In this document: positions 26,084-26,787 of the stretch, piece after piece
Layout of the letters: every line of letters begins with the position of its first letter
Numbering within the stretch: the stretch's first letter is position 1
DNA from: an uncultured bacterium
GTDB taxonomy: Bacteria; SAR324; NAC60-12
Direction: 5' to 3'
DNA length: 26,787 nucleotides
Assembly: GCA_965662845.1 (NCBI GenBank)
Contig: CBFIJD010000012.1
Span: 1-26,787, forward strand
The notes under the pieces: model-generated
Database searches by the model: none
What the model was told of the DNA's origin: nothing
The model's input: only the letters and a program-made list of their open reading frames with translations
Program-made: the position numbers and the translations under genes

Positions 26084-26160
26084 CGGGGTGTAGCGCAGCC
26101 TGGTAGCGCACTTGTCTGGGGGACAAGGGGTCGCAGGTTCAAGTCCTGTCACCCCGACCA
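26084..26160 (+). tRNA. tRNA-Pro (anticodon GGG)
   Basis: Acceptor CGGGGTG/CACCCCG plus ACCA; D arm GCGC..GCGC; anticodon stem CTTGT/ACAAG with loop CTGGGGG; T arm GCAGG-TTCAAGT-CCTGT; 77 nt. Confidence 0.98.
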
Positions 26161-26462
26161 CCGCGAGCCCAATATTTGTGAGGCTTTGCAGGTGATTTTG
26201 CCAGTCTCTTCAACTCGCCAAGCGATTCCCACGAGCCAGCCCATACGCCTCTCTCCTCTGACGCGCTGATTCCCGCTCATCTTCTTCTCCTCTCGCTCGC
26301 TGACCGTTCCGCCAATCTCTGGCGCCATCAAGCGCTCTGACTCTCCGTGTGACTTCGATTCCACTTTACCGATCTCTCTTCATGCAATGATTAGGCGACT
26401 CGGCGACCTCAAACCCCCGTGTTTCTCCGTTTTTGTTTCCCCATTTTTGTTTTCCCGGAATC

Positions 26463-26482
26463 AGGGCAGGCACTGCCCCTAC
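26463..26482 (-). repeat. GTAG-type REP-like hairpin GTAGGGGCA-GTGCC-TGCCCT
   Basis: Minus strand reads GTAG followed by a GC-rich stem GGGCA/TGCCC, lying inside the RAYT-like fragment. Single copy in the window. Confidence 0.5.
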
Positions 26483-26560
26483 GATGACCAAGACCCCATG
26501 AGAACGATTGGGCATGACGACAAATGGATCAATTTTGACACCTAGGTAATGGGACGGGAG
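26463..26560 (-). pseudogene. Fragment of a REP-associated tyrosine (RAYT / IS200-like Y1 HUH) transposase
   Basis: LPSHYLGVKIDPFVVMPNRSHGVLVIVGA resembles the RAYT core (..D.FVVMPNH.HGI), with the first His of the HUH motif changed to Arg. No N- or C-terminal part is recognisable. Confidence 0.72.
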
Positions 26561-26787
26561 AAGGCGGAGGCTTCGCATTCGCAGGATGGATCAAGCGGGG
26601 GGGACCGCCGGAGCGGAGACGAGCGCCGCAGAGACGGACGCCGCCTTTCAAACACACAAGGCGGCGATGGCGAGACACCCGAGCCGCTGCCGTTCTAGCT
26701 GATCTGCACTCTCACGAGAGCGCGTCCTCGCCGAGGAGCTTCCTGCGTTGCTCTTCAAATTGAGCGTCGCTGAGAATGCCGGCGTCG

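Noticed and set aside
26211..26341. 10-11-bp matches to sequence in and beside the fic direct repeats
   Set aside because: Matches this short are expected by chance in a 27-kb window.

Overview
Bacterial chromosomal window, moderately GC-rich and mostly housekeeping or signalling genes on the minus strand. It holds about 23 supportable CDS and one tRNA-Pro(GGG). In order: Xis/MerR-like HTH protein, HisN-like phosphatase, TerB-domain protein, DUF2179-type membrane protein, NtrC-type sigma54 activator with a degenerate receiver, atypical ADP-ribosylglycohydrolase, small unknown ORF, Na/Pi cotransporter, a soluble ~1,800-aa histidine kinase with 12 tandem PAS domains, class II Fic protein, folE-queD, a mixed run (UDG, ppx, GT2, small membrane protein, orphan aapP, DUF3015-like, clpP), an HTH-AbrB fusion regulator, a REC-HisKA hybrid kinase, trmJ, tRNA-Pro, and a decayed RAYT/IS200-like fragment carrying a GTAG-type REP hairpin. 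The most unusual structure is a ~1.5-kb module at 14500-16060: a 46/47-bp direct repeat on each side, an AT-rich palindromic promoter region, the fic gene, and a ~205-nt non-coding element that can fold into a closed multi-hairpin structure resembling a retron msr-msd layout. No reverse transcriptase, integrase or intact transposase is present in the window. All protein calls come from motif recognition by eye; no database search or folding program was run.
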